A stretch of 30,581 nucleotides of DNA from Candidatus Poribacteria bacterium (GTDB taxonomy: Bacteria > Poribacteria > WGA-4E > UBA9662), in NCBI GenBank assembly GCA_046582655.1, contig JAYGDX010000085.1, positions 1-30,581 on the forward strand. The letters run 5' to 3'. The notes under the pieces are model-generated. The model searched no databases. It was not told the DNA's origin and saw only the letters and a list, made by a program, of their open reading frames with translations. The position numbers were made by a program, and so were the translations under genes. Of the stretch, positions 27,581 to 30,581 are shown one piece after another (the stretch's first letter is position 1; the number at the start of each line of letters is the position of its first letter).

Positions 27581-28633
27581 TTACTTTTCCTGTTCTGGGA
27601 ATGGGGCTCGAATATCGTAACGGCCTTCTTGAAACACTGGGAGCAAGCCGCCTTCGACCATTAGATCAAGCGGATTCTCCCGAGTTGTTAGCGGGAATTC
27701 TACCACGCCTTGGATACGTAGAGACTCATAAATCGCCATCAATATTTCAATTGTTGTGCGCCCATGAACTCCGGCATTCCGGTGTTCTTCAATTTCCCCA
27801 TCTAACCATTGGATCATCTCTTGAAACTGATTAGGTTCGCTTTGTCGAGGCTTAACCTGTTGCCAGCCAGCGGTTTTGCTGTTAAGCAATTCAATTGCAC
27901 CCTCAGAACCGCGCCGGAGTTGTCCGTCATCACCATAGACAGCAGTACCATTCAGGCCAGGCCCCGGTAAATCGCTTTCATAAATACCGCGGATGCCACC
28001 TTCAAAGCAGACCTCACCAAAACAGAGATCCTCACACCTTACTCGGCGCTCCCACTTGTCAGTTTTCCGAGAAACTTGTCCGATTAGCCAAAGCGGTTCA
28101 GGGTCCCCCAGAATATAACGCATCTCATCAATTTCATGAGTGCCGCGGTTCAATAACCCTAATCCGTCACGTCTCAACATAGTTTGGGGCTGCCCGATCG
28201 CACCTTCTTGAATTAGCCGACGGGCTTCACTATTCTGGGGGCTGAATCTCCGTTGGTGTCCAACTACCAGTTTCGTCCCACTTTTTTCGCACGCTTCTAT
28301 CATATCATCTGCTGCACCTAGAGAAGCAGACATTGGCTTTTCGGTGATGATACCTGCCACACCCGCCTCGGCAGCAGCTACTGTCGGTTCTACTCGAACA
28401 CTCTGCCAAGTTGTAATTGAAACAATATCAAGATTTTCTCTCTCCAGCATTTGATGAAAATCACCGTAATGACTTTCTAATCCTTGGGATTCGGCGAAAT
28501 TTGCAGCCGCCTCTGGGAGGAGGTCACTACATGTTACTACCGCAGTACGAGGATGATCTTTCCATGCGTTTGCATGGGATCTACCCATTCCTCCACAACC
28601 AATGATACCTACACGATAAATCTTCTCAGACAT
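27581..28633 (-). CDS. Gfo/Idh/MocA family oxidoreductase
   Basis: VGIIGCGGMG, LDIVSI, EKPM, VGHQRRF, G.IG, GTH.ID, EILMAIYES. Confidence 0.93.
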   Translation of the reverse strand: MSEKIYRVGIIGCGGMGRSHANAWKDHPRTAVVTCSDLLPEAAANFAESQGLESHYGDFHQMLERENLDIVSITTWQSVRVEPTVAAAEAGVAGIITEKPMSASLGAADDMIEACEKSGTKLVVGHQRRFSPQNSEARRLIQEGAIGQPQTMLRRDGLGLLNRGTHEIDEMRYILGDPEPLWLIGQVSRKTDKWERRVRCEDLCFGEVCFEGGIRGIYESDLPGPGLNGTAVYGDDGQLRRGSEGAIELLNSKTAGWQQVKPRQSEPNQFQEMIQWLDGEIEEHRNAGVHGRTTIEILMAIYESLRIQGVVEFPLTTRENPLDLMVEGGLLPVFQEGRYDIRAPFPEQEK

Positions 28634-28852
28634 TCAGTTGCTTCCTTTACCATTTATATTATAAAACTGCTGATAATATCTCAACTAATCTAATTCATTA
28701 AAGTAAACATGACGATAAAATTCCTACAGTCACTCAGCTGTTTGCATATGCAACAAGCAAATTGTAGTTATCACCATATTTTTTAAATATAACAAATACA
28801 GTTTCTGTGCAACCCGCGTTTGTTCTCGATTATCCCTTGTGAGGTTAAAGTG

Positions 28853-29101
28853 ATGTTTTACCAATGCTTTTTCCTGTCCAAACTTCATCGGTACAAACCC
28901 ACAGAAAACTGAAAATGCTACTGTGCCGATTCGGGCGACTCTTCCACCACCAAACAACTTCGGAAAGTTGGTATTTATAATCCGATGGATGATTGAAGAC
29001 AGCAGATTTTTGGCCTACAATGGAATCGCCAATGATCAGCAGGGTTACATGGAAAACAAACCATGACTGGCGTAAAATCTAAATGGACTTACTACAGCTA
29101 G
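28853..29101 (+). pseudogene. Possible heavily decayed gene remnant (weak PanD-like start; identity unresolved)
   Basis: GAGGT RBS, ATG 28853, then MFYQCFFLSKLHRYKPTEN*KCY...LRKVGI with three in-frame TGA. Confidence 0.22.
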
Positions 29102-29110
29102 ATTTCCCCT

Positions 29111-29978
29111 TTAACTTTGAATGATATGAAAAGAAATGTCAAGATCAAAATTGGCAGCAACAGCAATCGGTTTCGACATACACATAGCTTTTTTAAATCT
29201 ACAGCAGCAATAATCCAGCAAATATACATGCCAACTGGAACGTAAATTCCGTTACGGTCTCAACCATCCCAATTAATTGTTTGTTTGCCATCCACGGGTT
29301 ATCGATCCAGCAAAACTCGCCACAAGCCGTCCTCTGAATCAAAAAGCTGGAAAATGATTAATGCACCCAATGGAACCTCATAGCGGATTTTTGTTTCTAG
29401 CACGTTGGGATTAAAAGGAGCGGTGAGGGGAAAGATTGAAAGCTTAAGATCGCCTGACTTTTTGGTCAACTGTTAACATAGTCAAAAGGGCTCCTTCAAT
29501 ATCAACGGAAGATTGCCAATTTCTCATAGTAGATAAGAAAAGGCCAAATCAATACAGTCAACAGAGATTCTATTCTTAACTCTATATGAAGGTACAGAAG
29601 TACTAACCATTATTATATCATCCTTGAGAAACAGAGTAATTGGATTGCTCAACCTGCAATCTGTTTTCGAGTATCGCATTGTGGATGGCAACCGTATCAG
29701 GATCTGATCTCGATCAACAAATTCCGAATCAAAAGTTAGTGCATAATTACTCAAGAACAGAAATGTCGAATTATAGAGAAAAGATTGAATGGCGTCTACT
29801 GCACCACTATCTGTAAATTCTCAATCGACTAAACTTAGCAGCTCCCACGCCAATATTTATCGATAGCGTTTCATTACTTCGTTAATTACAATTGAGACCA
29901 CAAAGACAGTGAGACAAGGCCAGGCAAAACATGGGAGCAAATAAAATCGGAACTCCACAAACTTTCTTGTCTCATCAT
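29111..29978 (-). pseudogene. Decayed secreted lamin-tail-domain (LTD) + FlgD-Ig/CTD-like protein
   Basis: Signal-like segment, then IVINEVM, LSLVD*EFTD, NYALTFD, RISVDCID, NWQSSVDIEG..YVNS (LTD motifs). Then APFNPN.ETKIRY....QLFDSE..RVLLD..INWDG*DRNGIYVPVGMYI..KPIAVA (FlgD-Ig). Several stops and frameshifts. Confidence 0.82.
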
Positions 29979-29983
29979 AGAAT

Positions 29984-30394
29984 CTATTTCTGAACTGATT
30001 TTGCTGGCTTGAGGATTTCAGACAGAATAACCGCTTGCCGAAATGTTTTTGGACTTAAGGGCAGGCCTGCTATCTTTCGCTCTTTGGGAGGGGGTGACAT
30101 CAGTGCTGAAGAAGGTTCCTCTGGCTTTGGCGGTTTGGAAGGAACGACAGGTTGTTCTCTTTCTCCTTGTTCCATTTGTGGAGGGGTTGTTTGTGCATGT
30201 TCTTGCTGAGGAGGCGTTGGTTTTTTGATTTCGTCACCTTCGACCAGTTCCGTCAACCATGATGGCAGTTTCATGCCGCCTTCATCTTGAGGATTTCGGT
30301 CTTGATCCACAAGTTTCTTCTTTTTTTTATATCTGCTAACTAGTATAAAAACCCCGAAGATTATGAACGCAATTACTTGAAAAAACTCTTCCAT
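29984..30394 (-). CDS. YqfB-like membrane-anchored protein downstream of floA
   Basis: N-terminal TM followed by poly-Lys, Pro/Gln/Glu-rich linker, C-terminal FRQAVILSEILKP motif typical of the gene after floA. Confidence 0.75.
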   Translation of the reverse strand: MEEFFQVIAFIIFGVFILVSRYKKKKKLVDQDRNPQDEGGMKLPSWLTELVEGDEIKKPTPPQQEHAQTTPPQMEQGEREQPVVPSKPPKPEEPSSALMSPPPKERKIAGLPLSPKTFRQAVILSEILKPAKSVQK

Positions 30395-30495
30395 TGGAAC
30401 ACTTCTCTATCTTTAAAAAAGATGACAATACATTAAACGACACCCTGGACTGAAAATCACTGGCTGAGAGTATCAACTTTGGATATTTTCCCCGG

Positions 30496-30581
30496 TTACG
30501 ACATGCCGATTGAATGGCTGGATCGCGTTGTCTCCTGCTCTGGCGAAGCGATTGACTGACGCATCTCCGTGTCAGCGATAA
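30496..30581 (-). CDS. floA: Flotillin-like protein FloA (YqfA/UPF0365), C-terminal end only
   Basis: Minus strand reads IADTEMRQSIASPEQETTRSSHSIGMS*. This matches the FloA terminal NI.ADT.MR.SI motif and is supported by the adjacent YqfB-like gene. Confidence 0.8.
   Translation of the reverse strand, partial: IADTEMRQSIASPEQETTRSSHSIGMS

Noticed and set aside
29524..29754. 76-aa stand-alone CDS
   Set aside because: Fragment of the LTD/FlgD-Ig pseudogene.
22299..29978. Many in-frame TGA codons in broken genes, suggesting TGA recoding or selenocysteine
   Set aside because: Intact genes here end in TGA (e.g. 1036, 1465, 9921, 18243). The same relics also carry TAA/TAG stops and frameshifts. 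The TGAs that can be aligned fall at Trp/Arg positions, not catalytic Cys.
1..30581. CRISPR arrays, tRNA/rRNA, riboswitches, IS or phage genes, and the remaining short shadow ORFs in the track
   Set aside because: No regularly spaced repeats, cloverleafs, cobalamin/SAM riboswitch cores, transposase or integrase motifs were seen. The short ORFs overlap well-supported genes in other frames or strands.

Overview
Bacterial chromosomal window of mixed catabolic and envelope genes. No rRNA, tRNA, CRISPR array or mobile element was seen. The gene mix (sulfatase, PhyH, Gfo/Idh/MocA, LamG, FGE-like, TonB/PorV-like, FlgD-Ig tail) resembles Candidatus Poribacteria or a similar marine lineage; this is inference only. 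About 28 intact or edge-truncated CDS run from a 5'-truncated sulfatase to the 3' end of floA. The most notable signal lies in the 'intergenic' gaps, several of which are decayed genes the ORF track misses. (1) A 154-bp scar joins the first 22 codons of cobalamin-dependent methionine synthase (metH) directly to its last ~30 codons. (2) A Tat-exported metallophosphoesterase has a large internal deletion. (3) A cupin gene carries multiple frameshifts. (4) A secreted lamin-tail-domain plus FlgD-Ig protein gene is decayed. Among intact genes, the best candidates for new biology are an HPPD/DUF1338-like 2-His-1-Glu dioxygenase behind an SDR, a TonB plus PorV-like pair, a J-like TPR protein lacking HPD, a type VII ABC permease without a periplasmic domain, and a LamG domain split by a 7-blade propeller. 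No complete, clearly novel multi-gene system can be proven from this sequence alone.
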